64,000 bases of DNA from Yuukianura sp. NJ FZ-2021 (Eukaryota): positions 5,580,001 to 5,644,000 of the forward strand of contig CM102289.1 in NCBI GenBank assembly GCA_046563655.1. Direction: 5' to 3'. Made by a program: the position numbers and the translations under genes. Shown here piece by piece: positions 51,156 through 64,000 of this stretch; position 1 is the stretch's first letter, and every line of letters starts with the position of its first letter. The notes below the pieces were generated by a model that saw only the letters and a list, made by a program, of their open reading frames with translations, was not told the origin of the DNA and made no database searches.

Positions 51156-51657
51156 CGAAACTCTTCTCGCAAACAAACCAAAAATTCCACAAATTCGAAC
51201 TTCGCTAAAAAGTTCAAGTGTAAGCTCAAAGCTTCAAAGGAGTCAATGTATAAGTAAAGTCACACTTGGATAATAAGTCAAAGACAAACACAAGTCCAGA
51301 GTAATCATACAATTTGGTTTAATTTACACCAGTTGAAGGGAACATCTTCAAATATAGCTTAAACAAGAGTCAATTTAAAATCAACTTTTTCCAAATTCAG
51401 AAGTTACATGCATACAAGAGGATGAGAGCATGCGTGGGCGGTAGATTTCAAACCGGTTTTGAGGTTGACTCGTAGAAGTAAAAATTTTGAAATTGACCTC
51501 TACATATAAATTGAGCCAAGTTAAGACGTAAAAGTTAGCAATTCCGTTTCTTCAGCACAAACATGAAAAAAAAAAACTATGAAAAACAAAGTTTTTTAAA
51601 AACTGGAAAAAAAAGAAATGCAAATGAAAAAGTAATGAGGGATGAGTGCGCAGGCGT

Positions 51658-53300
51658 CTAAATAAACAGTGCAATGGCCATGATGAATGAAATGACCGAG
51701 AACAAGGTGAAGGCAGCCTTGTCGAACAGGTCAACTAGAGCAGCCCAATCGCCTTTGCGCAGTTTGTGTTTAGCAGGTTCATTGACCTCTTCCAGTGCAT
51801 TCTCTCCGTCTCCTTTCTTCGAAAAAGTTCGAGCCTTGGCTATGGAACCGCGGCGCTAAAATTCCAAAATTCATAAGAAATATAAGCATTATTTTAAAAG
51901 AGTTGAAACGCTTCAAATGTTACCGCCGGCGTCAACTTTTCTCCAAACGTAATGTAGGAAACGACTTTGGAGTTGAGCAAAATTTTTGCCCAGTCTGGAA
52001 TTTTTGTAGTTCCTTTTATTGCCGTCAAATTAATCAACGCCACCGTACAAACGATATTCAGCGTCGTCATAAACAGATTCCATGTGAAGAATCTCACTAA
52101 AGAAATTAAAACACAACACAATACAATTTAACATTCTAAATAGTTAAACAATTTAAAATTTGTAATTACCAATAGAAGGCACATGATCAATCGTTGGAAG
52201 ACGCATGCGGAAATAAATCATGTAGGCAGTGATAACCAAAAAATTGATTCCACAAATTGTGATGCGTGACGTTCCAGCAATCGGCATCAAAAATCCAGTT
52301 ACACTCACGACCGTGATCACTAATTTCAAAAACAAAACCTTTTTTTAAATTTCAAAAATTGTGACTGAAACTTACGTAAAACAGGAAGAACCAGCGTAAA
52401 AGTAATAATGGATGACTTCCTTCCAAGTGTAAAGTAGTAAGTGATGTCAACGTAACGTTCGATACAACAAGAATACGTTTTTGCTGTTCGGACAGCCGAG
52501 GACTCCCGAATGACCCATTGCGTATTGTTTGGAAAATTGTGACCTTCATAGGACATGACCTTGATTCTGGACTCGGATGACCCCTCAGGACCAAATTGAA
52601 GGTCAAGTTCATTTTCATTGAAAGTCCACGATCCAATTTTGATGTAGCATCGTTGTTCATCAAAAGGCCATCGCAGGAGGTTCATTTTGCAATTTGTAAT
52701 GAATCGAACTGGAGGAACCCAAAGAACAGTTCCGTTGCTTTGGACTAAAATTTGAGCCGCTTCTGCAAAGTCGTTCATCACCGTGGGTTTGGCTGTGTTG
52801 TACGTTGTAATTTCTGGAGTCCAGATTTCCTTTGGAGCGAAGTGGAGGTATCCAGAGGGGTCATAGGTGGACTGGTTTGCCCAGCGGAGTCTGTCGTCTT
52901 GCCAAGTCATAACAATCCAGGCATGAACTTCAAAAGTCTGTTGTTGGTCATCCTGCAACAATTTTAACAACATTTGCATGAAACATGTTTGCATAAATTT
53001 TAGTTTCAGGAGTTATGAGTATGGTTACATTAACATAACATGACTTACAATGTCATAATGAATGACACTAAGAAACGGGATTGTGACGGTGGTCATGTAC
53101 GGGTAAGGTTGAGCCATAGCATCATAGTCTCTTAGAAGTTTCTTTCGAAACCTTGGATCTGGAGTTCCACCAAAAACGAATCCTGAAAAGAATTTTTTTT
53201 TGTAATTCCTCAGAAAACTTGAATTTCTAGTTTAAAAAAAAGTTATTCGCTTACCAGAATTCATTAAAATCCCAAGGAGTAGAAGCACAAAAGTTTCCAT
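51658..53300 (-). CDS. Divergent nicotinic acetylcholine receptor alpha-type subunit
   Basis: Signal METFVLLLLGILMNS, IWTPEITTYN, Cys-loop CKMNLLRWPFDEQRC, GSWTF, loop C YSCCIERY, TM4 DWAALVDLFDK. Stop TAG 51658-51660. Confidence 0.88.
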
Positions 53301-53801
53301 TTTTGATCTCCTTCAAGGTTTCAATTTTTAAAACAACATTTTAGTACAAAATATTTTGCAGTTAGGCACTTGGAAACCATTGACAAAAGAGATGAGTTTG
53401 AATCTTGTCTGGACGACCAAGAGATCACAAAGCTGAAGCTGAAAATGTTCCTTTGTCAACTTCTCCCCCTCTTCATTCACTTGATTTTGTTCAATTCAAA
53501 TGAATTGGACCAATTTGTGAAAAATACAGTTGGAAAGGAAATATCTAGGAAAATATTCCACTTGTAGCGTCCATTTTCAAACCAAGCGGAAACTCATAAA
53601 AATTAAACTAACTCCGCATTGCTGATTTTTCCGTTCCAAACCAAAACAACTCATTTTGAGCTTCCTGTCTAACCCCCCTCCCCCCAACGCATACAATTTT
53701 GCCGCCTTTTTTTTCCAAACATAAGGTCAAGCATATTATAGTCAAGGATAAGGTCAATGACCTCTCTTTACCAAAATGGCCAACTTTCAACAAAAGCTCA
53801 C

Positions 53802-54676
53802 CCTGCAGAGTCGACGCAGCAAAGGCCTCTTCTAGAGAAATGACCGAGTGCGCATCGGTTCCGGTGCAGTTGTAAGCGGCATAGACGATGGTGCTGGCGA
53901 AGCCTGAGAAACTGTAGAACTTGATGTCCATCGGGTCTGGATCTCTCCAGCGCAGGATAGGATAAGGACTCAGTTCTGGAAACAGAGCGAGGTCACCAGT
54001 GACCGTGTTGTAGTCGATGATAAAACCACGGTAATGATCCGTTGTCAAAATATTTGGAGTACTAATAGCTGCAACTTCTTTTTCCATTCGGTCCACGAAA
54101 TGCTTCCGAATATCAGTTCGGCGGTTGAAAGTACCTCCGATGGCAATCTACCAAAAAGAGTAAAAATTCGTTTACATTTCAAAAAAAAATAATAATCGAA
54201 AGTTCAAAATTTACGGAATAATACGATCCAGTGTTCACGTCTTTGTCAACTGGAGCCAGGAATATATGAGCATCGGATTTCGCAAGAAATCGGACCACTT
54301 CACGCATTCGACCATTTTTAATATTCTTAAACGGGAAATAGTCGTTGTTAACGGCGTAGCCTTTGTAAATACCACGGTCACAATCTGTTTAAAAAAATCG
54401 AAATTATTCATACTGCAAGTTCCCAAATAAAGTTAAAAAAAGTCACTGACCTTCAAACGTAAAGTTGACACGTGAATGATGTTCTGGGTTTCCTGGAGTA
54501 GGGACTTTAATGTCTTCGCCAGGGTCAAATGGATCGGGATCTTCTTCTCCAGCCTTCCAGAATTGATTGTTGATAGAATCAAATTGAAATGTTACACTGC
54601 TCCCAGTAGTACTTAATATTTGACGCCAACACATATTTGTCCAAATCAGCACCAACAAACTAACTTTCACCCCCAT
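53802..54676 (-). CDS. Secreted FAMeT-like (Methyltransf_FA) domain unit; last clear exon ends at a phase-1 donor
   Basis: Signal MGVKVSLLVLIW; KSDAHI, IGGTFNRRTDIR, STPNILTTDHYRGFIIDY, LRWRDPDPMDIKFYSFSG; CAG G|GTGAG at 53802. Confidence 0.7.
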
Positions 54677-55121
54677 TTTAGTAAACTTTCTTTCACAAAA
54701 TTTCAACTTTTTAGCAATGGCTACCCTAGGTTAGGACGGAGTTTACCCGCCAAGAAAACGCAGACGAATGAATCTAAATGACTAAAAGTCTTCTGAAGGT
54801 AAAGGTGCTTCCATTTGAATCTAAATTTAGTAACGTTCACCTTGATTTCTGTTAAGTCCGACACTGATAACATTGTCTGTCTATGGACATCGGACCACAG
54901 TCATTATGCGCTTCATTCACACGGTAAATTTTCAAACCAAACGTTGGTGTCTTTTGGCTTACTTTCGAGACCAAAACTGTCTTAAACAAAGTAACAATTT
55001 GCAATTTTTGTCTTCATACTAGAAAAAACGACAAAGCTAAAGGCAGATCTCGTGAAGATAATTTGTTCATCTTGCAACTTGTATAAAAGTCAGTATCAAA
55101 TGAAATACGATTCTCATAAAC

Positions 55122-56058
55122 TCAGATGCAAATTGAGTCGTAAAACTCGCAATCAGTTGAATCTGAACAAAAGCAGAAATTGCAAGTGCAACATAGATTT
55201 TGGAAAATGAAAAATTGCAGAGGCAGAAAATGTAAAGACGCCGATGTTAAGCAGAAATGAGAAAAAAATAATGTAATTGAAAGTAGCTTACCGAAGTCTG
55301 AGCCAAAGATGTTTGCATTTGGTCTTGATGAAAGTCGACCTTTGACCTTGCAGTTATAAGCGACTTCGAGTATGCGCCCATTGTAGCTAGAGAAACTGAA
55401 GAAACGGATCTGAAGCGGAGATTCATCTTGCCAGGACAACAGAGCAACTTCACTTCCGGCCGGAAACACAAAAATGGATCCAGTCGCTGGGTGATATCGA
55501 ATAATAAAAGTGCGCCATTGCTGACCAGATAGAATACCGGGAGTGTTCAATTTGAGTACTGGCTTGGCTTGTGTCGTCCGTCGAATTTCACTGAAACGAT
55601 TGTTGTAGGATCCTAAGATAATCTAAAAATAAAAAATCAAGGTCAGACTCATGTTGCTAGGTCAAGGTCAACAACACAAACTTACTAAATACAGAGGCTC
55701 AATGGTAGTTGAAGATTGGGTCAGCAGAATGTGTCCATCTGAAACTCCTTTAAATCGTACAATCAATTCCAGAGTTCCATTTTGATTGAAAAAGGCTTCA
55801 GCGGCATGAAATTTTGTAAATCCAAAGGTACTGCGAATTTCTCTTGAGCAAACTGCAATTTCAAAATCACATCATTTTCATCTGCAATTGTAAAAATTAG
55901 AATTTTAAACTTTTTTTTTCAAATTACTCACTTTCTTGTTCAAATTCAACCTTGTCACCATCAGAAGTATGAATCGCGAATTGGCATACAGACAATTCAG
56001 TACCAAACAAAATCAAAACGAAAGCTAGAATCCAGTTTGTCGTAGAATTCGAATTCAT
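55122..56058 (-). CDS. Secreted FAMeT-like (Methyltransf_FA) domain protein
   Basis: Signal MNSNSTTNWILAFVLILF; VSDGHILLT, ILGSYNNRFSEIR, NTPGILSGQQWRTFIIRY, LSWQDESPLQIRFFSFSSY. Phase-1 donor at 55292; possible short terminal exon 55162-55122. Confidence 0.72.
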
Positions 56059-56409
56059 GTTGGCTGAATTTGAACTACGTTTACAACATTCTTACGAAAA
56101 AATGTGTAAAAAGTAAGTTAAGTTAAAGTGAGGCTAAAGAACGGAAATAAAGTAAAGATTAATTGGAAATCCCAGTTTTGCACAAAGAGGAAACTAAGAA
56201 GAAGATCACTTGCACTTCTCAAAAATAAGTGGTTAAAGATAACAAAGAAAATTTACTTGACTCTTTTCTTTGACAAAGTTGTTGCTTTGTGAGTATAGTA
56301 TTGGTAACTGTCGTAATCATAAGCGAATGTTTTAAGTATTATTGTTGTTACTTGGTCTTTCTTTTTGCACTGAAATGGAGAACGAGTCTTTCCAAATTAT
56401 TCAAAGTCA

Positions 56410-57992
<1,583 letters not shown>

Positions 57993-59179
57993 ATCTTCTT
58001 TTTTAATTTCGAAAAATAATTTGAGAATGTAAGTTCGTTCGAAAAACAAAGTTGGAGCTGGAATGTAGTGTCAACTGTCAAGTACACTCGTCTTACGTAG
58101 TAACGGGAAGTTGATGAAATCGAAATGGAATTGATAGTTGAAGCAAGAACGAAAGTGCTTGACTTCAGCAGTAATTTTTGGACTAGATAGACTTCGACTA
58201 GTATTTAATGTATTTAATGCTCTGACTAATGTGAAGAGGACGACCACTCCCTTAATTCCTTGTTTGACCTCTGGAGTGACCTTCACCAAGGAGTAAAGTC
58301 CAGGCAATACCAAAGTTTTAACGCAACCAATTTTCTAAATGAATGAATGAGTAATGTTGTTTGTTATTTGTTTATTTTTGTTTTTTTTTAACAGTTTTTT
58401 CCCGCCAAAGAAATTTCTCAAGTAACTCCAGATTCCAGAAGAGTTATGAGATGACTCTAAATACTAAATTTTATGAGTCATTCCTAATTTTTAGCGTCAT
58501 GTCATGTCGTCTTAACTTTTGACAAAATGACTTATTAGGTAAATATATCATTAGTCTTGCATCTTCATGATTATAGTGATACGATACGCACCATACGATA
58601 CGATATATGACATGCATCGCGATTACAATGATACATAAGATCATCAAGGGAATCGACCTACTGTAACTGTAACCGAATAGCATTTCTAATGTTTGCTTTT
58701 TCGACTGTTGTGGATGCTGGGAGGTCAATGTCATCTAATGCAAGCCCTTGTCATCTACTGCGGGCAATCTGACTGAAAGTCTCCGCCTGCTGAAGGTGAA
58801 AATAGATTTTGTGAAGCCATTGCTTCATTTACTATTTTCTGAATCCAACGGAAAAAATTCAAGCACAAAAAATCGTTGTTAGTTATTCAACATCAACGCT
58901 GCCAACTCCTACAGCAGTACAGGATTCAACGCTTACGCTCCGATTCCCAGCATCTCTGCAATAGATTACAAGGTGAGGTGAAAGTTCAATTCTCCTAAAG
59001 TAAATAATTATTTTCGTTGTTTATTATTTATAGGTAAATAACTTATAATAATTCGTGTAGTACCCTATTTTCTCGCGTTTAAGACGCGTCTTATCTGAGA
59101 AAATGTACAAAAAGGCAGTCAATTGATTGAAACTTAAATGGTTGTATATTATTTTTATATCATAGGGTTCAAGCCCAAG

Positions 59180-60007
59180 ATGGCCTTCTGGAGTCAGAAA
59201 ACGTTTTGTTTGATTACTGGAGCTTCCAAGGGCATTGGAAGATGTATTGCAGTGGAATTTGGGAAGAAAGTTGGATCTGGATCCGTATTGGTTCTAGTTG
59301 ATCGATCTGCTCAAGGATTGCAAGAAACCAAATCAGAACTGGACAATGCTGGAATCGCTGACATTAAAATTGTGACAGCTACGCTGGATTTAGAAAAATC
59401 AGAGACATCCGACTACCTCAACATCATCAACACTGCGCTGATTACTACTGGAACTTCTGCGGGGGACTTTGAACATTCGCTTCTGGTTCATAATGCGGCA
59501 TCCACCGGAGACGTTACACGTCGAGCTATTCAACACGACAATTCAGACATTCTCCGCGCCTATTTCGATCTGAACCTAAACTCCATGATTGTTCTCACAT
59601 CCCAATTTTTCAAGATTTTCAATGATACTGGAAAGCAGCGAAGCTTGATCAACATCTCGTCAGTCGCAGGAGTACGTCCCATCAAAACGCTCAGTCTGTA
59701 CTGCATCGGTAAGGCCGCTCGAGAGTCATTCATGCAAAGTGTTGCTGCAGAGGATCCATCGATTTCGTGCGTTAACTACTCTCCGGGGCCAGTCAACACA
59801 GAGATGTACTCAAATTTCATAAAAACCACTTATGATGCCGAAGTTGCAAAAACTTTTGAACAAATGATTTCTTCTGGACAAATAATTACTCCAATCCAGA
59901 CGGTTACAAAACTGATTGGAATTTTGGAATCCAGGAAATTTACCAACGCAGAGCATGTCGACTACTACGACGACGAGGCCCAGCCCAACAAATTTTTCGT
60001 AAAATAG
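59180..60007 (+). CDS. SPR: Sepiapterin reductase-like SDR, copy 1
   Basis: TGASKGIG, VHNAA, NISS, YCIGK, NYSPGPVNTEM, HVDYYD. Confidence 0.88.
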   Translation: MAFWSQKTFCLITGASKGIGRCIAVEFGKKVGSGSVLVLVDRSAQGLQETKSELDNAGIADIKIVTATLDLEKSETSDYLNIINTALITTGTSAGDFEHSLLVHNAASTGDVTRRAIQHDNSDILRAYFDLNLNSMIVLTSQFFKIFNDTGKQRSLINISSVAGVRPIKTLSLYCIGKAARESFMQSVAAEDPSISCVNYSPGPVNTEMYSNFIKTTYDAEVAKTFEQMISSGQIITPIQTVTKLIGILESRKFTNAEHVDYYDDEAQPNKFFVK

Positions 60008-61891
60008 TTTAATTATCACCTTCATGTCCATAATGTAATTTCTAATCCTCTCCAGAACTATTTCTTTTTTACTGCCAGGTTCGTTACGAACAATACTTTT
60101 TTGTAATACCTAATGACAATGATACAATACCTATATGACAATACTACCGATTAAGTCCTGCAAATAGGAACAACAAGCCATGCTAAAATTTCAAAACGAC
60201 GGAATGAGGAGTTCGACATATTTTTTCGTTTTTAATAAAAGACGCACGCCACACCGCTTTCATAGGTGTTGGCAAACAGCATCGGGTTGTCTAATTTATT
60301 ACGCTCAATTTTTTACACTTCACGCAATTTTTTTAAAATTATTACAATGATGTTGACAAAAACAGCAACGAAACAACAAACAACACTTCATTCGACTTCG
60401 TACTACAGTGATCGATCAGTTCGTACTGTGTCGGATGAAGAAAAACGGTTTTTATGTGCATAATTCTTAACAAATTTATGCAACCGGTTTTTAGTTGCCA
60501 TAGAACCGCAGCATCAGTTTGATTGTTAAAACGGTTTTTTGGAACCACGTTTAATAAAAATGTTGGATAAAATCTCAAAACTCTGATCGCCCATTTTACT
60601 CCAACCACTTTTTTGTGCACAGTTAAACACTTGGTACGCCATCTTTCTGAAGCATCAAAAATGTGCATTTCACATTTTTGATGCTCATTGTGTAGTGCAT
60701 GTGTACAAAATATGTGCACAGATATGTTGAAAACCATCAGAATTTTACTGCAAAATACTGATCAGTCTGAAAAGAATTTGCACACAACAACAAAGTCGTT
60801 GGTTGGTAGATCTTCACCTGCGGCTGGATCAAAATCAGTATCGTAACATTTAACCCCACGAAACTAAAAAACGCGCAATTGTGCACAATTAAAGCAACAA
60901 ACTAGAGTTCACATCCCTGTTTGTTTTTTAGGAAAAAGTTACGACTTTCGGTTGTGTGCACAGAAGGCATATGGGAACCTGGGAAATGTGCAAAAACGAC
61001 ATCACAAAAATTACGAAATGGAGTTTCACAGTTTTGATGACTGAGGCAAATAGTGTTGTTCAGCGAAAAGTAGACACCAACAAACTCAAAAGTTTGTTTA
61101 TTTTCAAAATTCTGGGGGGTTATGAGTACCAAATTCAAAAAAAAAATAACCTGCGCAATATAAATTCGTTTAAACGTGTCGTTTGTTGGCCTCAATCTCC
61201 CCCCAGAAATCGCAAATTTTAGAAAAAATGCCATGGAAACAATTTTGGGGTGTCTACTTTTCGCTGAACAACACGGTATAAAGTTGTGCAATGCAAGAAA
61301 GCAATACCGCAGGAAAAATTATTATTCTTCCATACTAAAAGAAAAACTGTAAGTGTCTTTGAATATTCTGAATCTAGCGTGAACTCGAAAGATGTTGATT
61401 TGGTTTCGTGAGTTGCTATGCTACGTGTGATTCAAGGTCAACTAAACTACATGACCTTGCATGGAGCTCTCCAGATTCTGGAGCTGCACTCACATATTTT
61501 TCTTTGTTGCTCCGCTCACTCCCGTGTCTGAAAAAACTTTTTTGTGACTATAGTCTTACCATTTTTTTCAACTTTATCAAACAAGTTAGTCTGCCTCAAT
61601 TCTTGGTACTCTACCTCCAGGAAAAAATCTAGACGATATAATATTCTACTTTTAATTGCTCAAAATGTCTTCAACCTGCCTTCGGCAGGTGCAAGTTTTT
61701 CATTAAATAAAAAGACTGATAGTTCTCACAAAAAAAGTTACTCCGCTTTTTATTTAATTCGCACACCGACCGACCTGTCGAGGTGAACGCAAGGTTTGCT
61801 GAAAGTTTTGCTTTTGAAAACTTGTGTTTAAGTATAAGTAATACTTAAAATTTTTGTAGCAATTGATTCTATACGTTTGTCACAGGTTAAG

Positions 61892-62770
61892 ATGGAATTC
61901 TGGAATCAACGAACATTTTGTCTAATCACTGGAGCTTCCAGGGGAATTGGAAGATGTATTGCAGTGGAATTTGGGAAGAAAGTTGGAGCTGGATCCGTAT
62001 TGGTCCTAGTTGCTCGATCTGCTCAAGGATTGCAAGAGACCAAGTCAGAACTGGACAACGCTGGAATCGCTGACATTAAAATTGTGACAGCCACGCTGGA
62101 TTTAGAAAAATCCGAGACATCCGACTACCTCAACGTCATCAACACTGCGCTGATTAATACTGGAACTTCCGCGGGTAACTTTGAACATTCACTGCTGGTG
62201 CATAATGCTGCAACTGTCAACGATTCCACCCTCCGAGCTATCCAAAATGACAATACTGACGTTGTTCGGGCATATATCGATTTGAATCTAAACTCAATGA
62301 TTGTTCTCACGTCCCAATTTTTCAAGATTTTCCACGATGCGGAGAAACAGCGAACCTTGATTAACATCTCCGACATGTCGTCACCCTCTGGTGGACAAAT
62401 AATATATAAAATGTACAGCTTGTACTGCATTTGTAAAGCCGCTCGTGAAACATTCATGAAAAGTGTTGCTGTCGAGGATCCTTCAATTGCTTGTATTAAC
62501 TATTGTCCAGGAGCAGTCGATACCGATATGCTATCCTACGTAACGAAGACCACCACGGATCCCGAACTTCGACAACAGTTGGATGAAACTGTTTCTTCTG
62601 GAAGAGTATTGGCTCCAATTCAAACCGTGGCAAAACTGATTGCAATTCTGGAATCTAAGAAATTTACCAAGGCAGAGCATGTGGACTACTACGACGACGA
62701 GGACCCCAGTACATGTCATTACGTTGTGGGCTCATCGGTATCATCATCAGTTTCGAAAATTGAAAAATAA
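61892..62770 (+). CDS. SPR: Sepiapterin reductase-like SDR, copy 2
   Basis: TGASRGIG, VHNAA, YCICK, NYCPGAVDTDM, HVDYYD; near-identical to copy 1 in the N-terminal third. Confidence 0.85.
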   Translation: MEFWNQRTFCLITGASRGIGRCIAVEFGKKVGAGSVLVLVARSAQGLQETKSELDNAGIADIKIVTATLDLEKSETSDYLNVINTALINTGTSAGNFEHSLLVHNAATVNDSTLRAIQNDNTDVVRAYIDLNLNSMIVLTSQFFKIFHDAEKQRTLINISDMSSPSGGQIIYKMYSLYCICKAARETFMKSVAVEDPSIACINYCPGAVDTDMLSYVTKTTTDPELRQQLDETVSSGRVLAPIQTVAKLIAILESKKFTKAEHVDYYDDEDPSTCHYVVGSSVSSSVSKIEK

Positions 62771-63491
62771 GTTTATTTTGAGAACAACCAAAATTTCTAT
62801 CTGATAATATATAATATATAATATATCTATAAGGTCAAGACAAACAATTTAAATTAAAAAAATTCGTTTCAATTAAACAAGGCAATAGAAGCCATTTCTT
62901 TTTAAGAAGTCGCCTCCCGTAAAATTTGGCAGTAGCAAACTGCTTGCATGCATTTGCATCACAACTTTGTCTTCGGAAGGCGAAAGTTGTTCAGAATTTG
63001 ACCTTTCTCATCTTCCCATCATTTGCAGTATTTTTTCAAAAATAAATCTGGAAACTCCAGCATCGTGGAGCACTATGATAAGCAGATCTCGATGAGATTT
63101 TTTTTTCTGTTTGGTACGGAGGCTGCGTTGAATCTCCTCTCAAGGTCAACTGCTCTTATTCTGCTGTCTTCTGCAACAGGTTTTCTCCGGAATACATTTT
63201 GAAAACTTTCGTCTTGCAGTTGCAGTGCTCTGACTGGTAAGAAAAACTATGTCTTTGTTAGTTAACACTGTGACGAAATAACGATACTAAAAACCTTACC
63301 GTAGTATGTAACATGTATGAGATTCCGATTCTGAGAAAACAGACAGATCGGTCGAAGTGCGAATAAGTAGAATTCAACTGCGACTTAAAGTAAACGTTAC
63401 ATATTCATAATGTATTTATATCAGTTATAAGACATTTTGTTTTACATTGTATTACATGCATAAGTATTCATTGTGTTCTTTATTTGGTTGA

Positions 63492-63995
63492 AGTAAACTT
63501 GGCGGCCAGACTGTCCCCACCCGTTTGAATTTTCGCGCTGCTTCCATTGTACCCACCCAGTGTCTCCATCGGATGGATACATTTGTCCCCACCACAACCA
63601 AAAGCAGTACGTCCACCTAGCGGCAATACAGTAACCTCCGAATTCAAGCTGGCAACGTTTTTTCTTTTTGATTTGGTAAATCCTGTTATATTTTCCCGCG
63701 CCGAAGGCGCGGCGGTAGGTTTGGTAAAGCACTCAATACTGATTAAGTCTGTAGCTTTAACTTATTCAGTTGCGCTATGTTGATTACATCTGCCATGGGT
63801 GGGCACAATGCAGCAATGCTACAACGTTGCCAGCTCGAATTCGCTAATTCCACTTCAGCCGCTAGGGGGACTCTCGGTGTACGACTGGTGGGTTATCCAT
63901 CCGATGTATCCATCCGGTGGGGACAATGGGTGGGTACAATCGAGGCAGCGCGAAATTTTGAACGGGTGGGGACAGTCTGGCCGCCCAAGTTTACT
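63492..63995. mobile_element. MITE-like element with ~90-bp imperfect terminal inverted repeats
   Basis: AGTAAACTTGGCGGCCAGACTGTCCCCACCCG...GGATGGATACAT at 63492 has its reverse complement ending at 63995. Internal hairpin CCGCGCCGAAGGCGCGG ~63696. No TSD identified. Confidence 0.75.
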
Positions 63996-64000
63996 CCGAC

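Noticed and set aside
60050..61800. Short ORFs between the two SPR genes
   Set aside because: No recognisable motifs or consistent exon chain.
62980..63390. Possible minus-strand exon pair with an intron near 63233-63299
   Set aside because: Splice-like signals are present but no frame gives a recognisable protein.

Overview
Eukaryotic, intron-containing animal DNA. Short GT-AG introns, CYP3-clan P450s, insect-type chemoreceptors and nAChRs point to an arthropod; a springtail is plausible but only inferred. The left ~35 kb looks like a compact biosynthetic gene cluster. It holds a giant NRPS missing from the ORF track (minus strand, AT-T-dead E-C-A-T-E, running off the left edge), two ABCC exporters, a stand-alone NRPS-type N-methyltransferase, a half-size MFS gene, two P450s with atypical I-helices and an intronless type I PKS without a thioesterase. 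The right ~28 kb has more ordinary genes: polycystin-2, cytochrome b5 reductase, three tandem chemoreceptor-like genes (one split by a 969-bp TIR element with a 6-bp TSD), two divergent nAChR alpha subunits preceded by two FAMeT-domain units, ethanolamine-phosphate cytidylyltransferase, two sepiapterin reductases and a terminal MITE. All translations and splice sites were read by hand and no database search was run.
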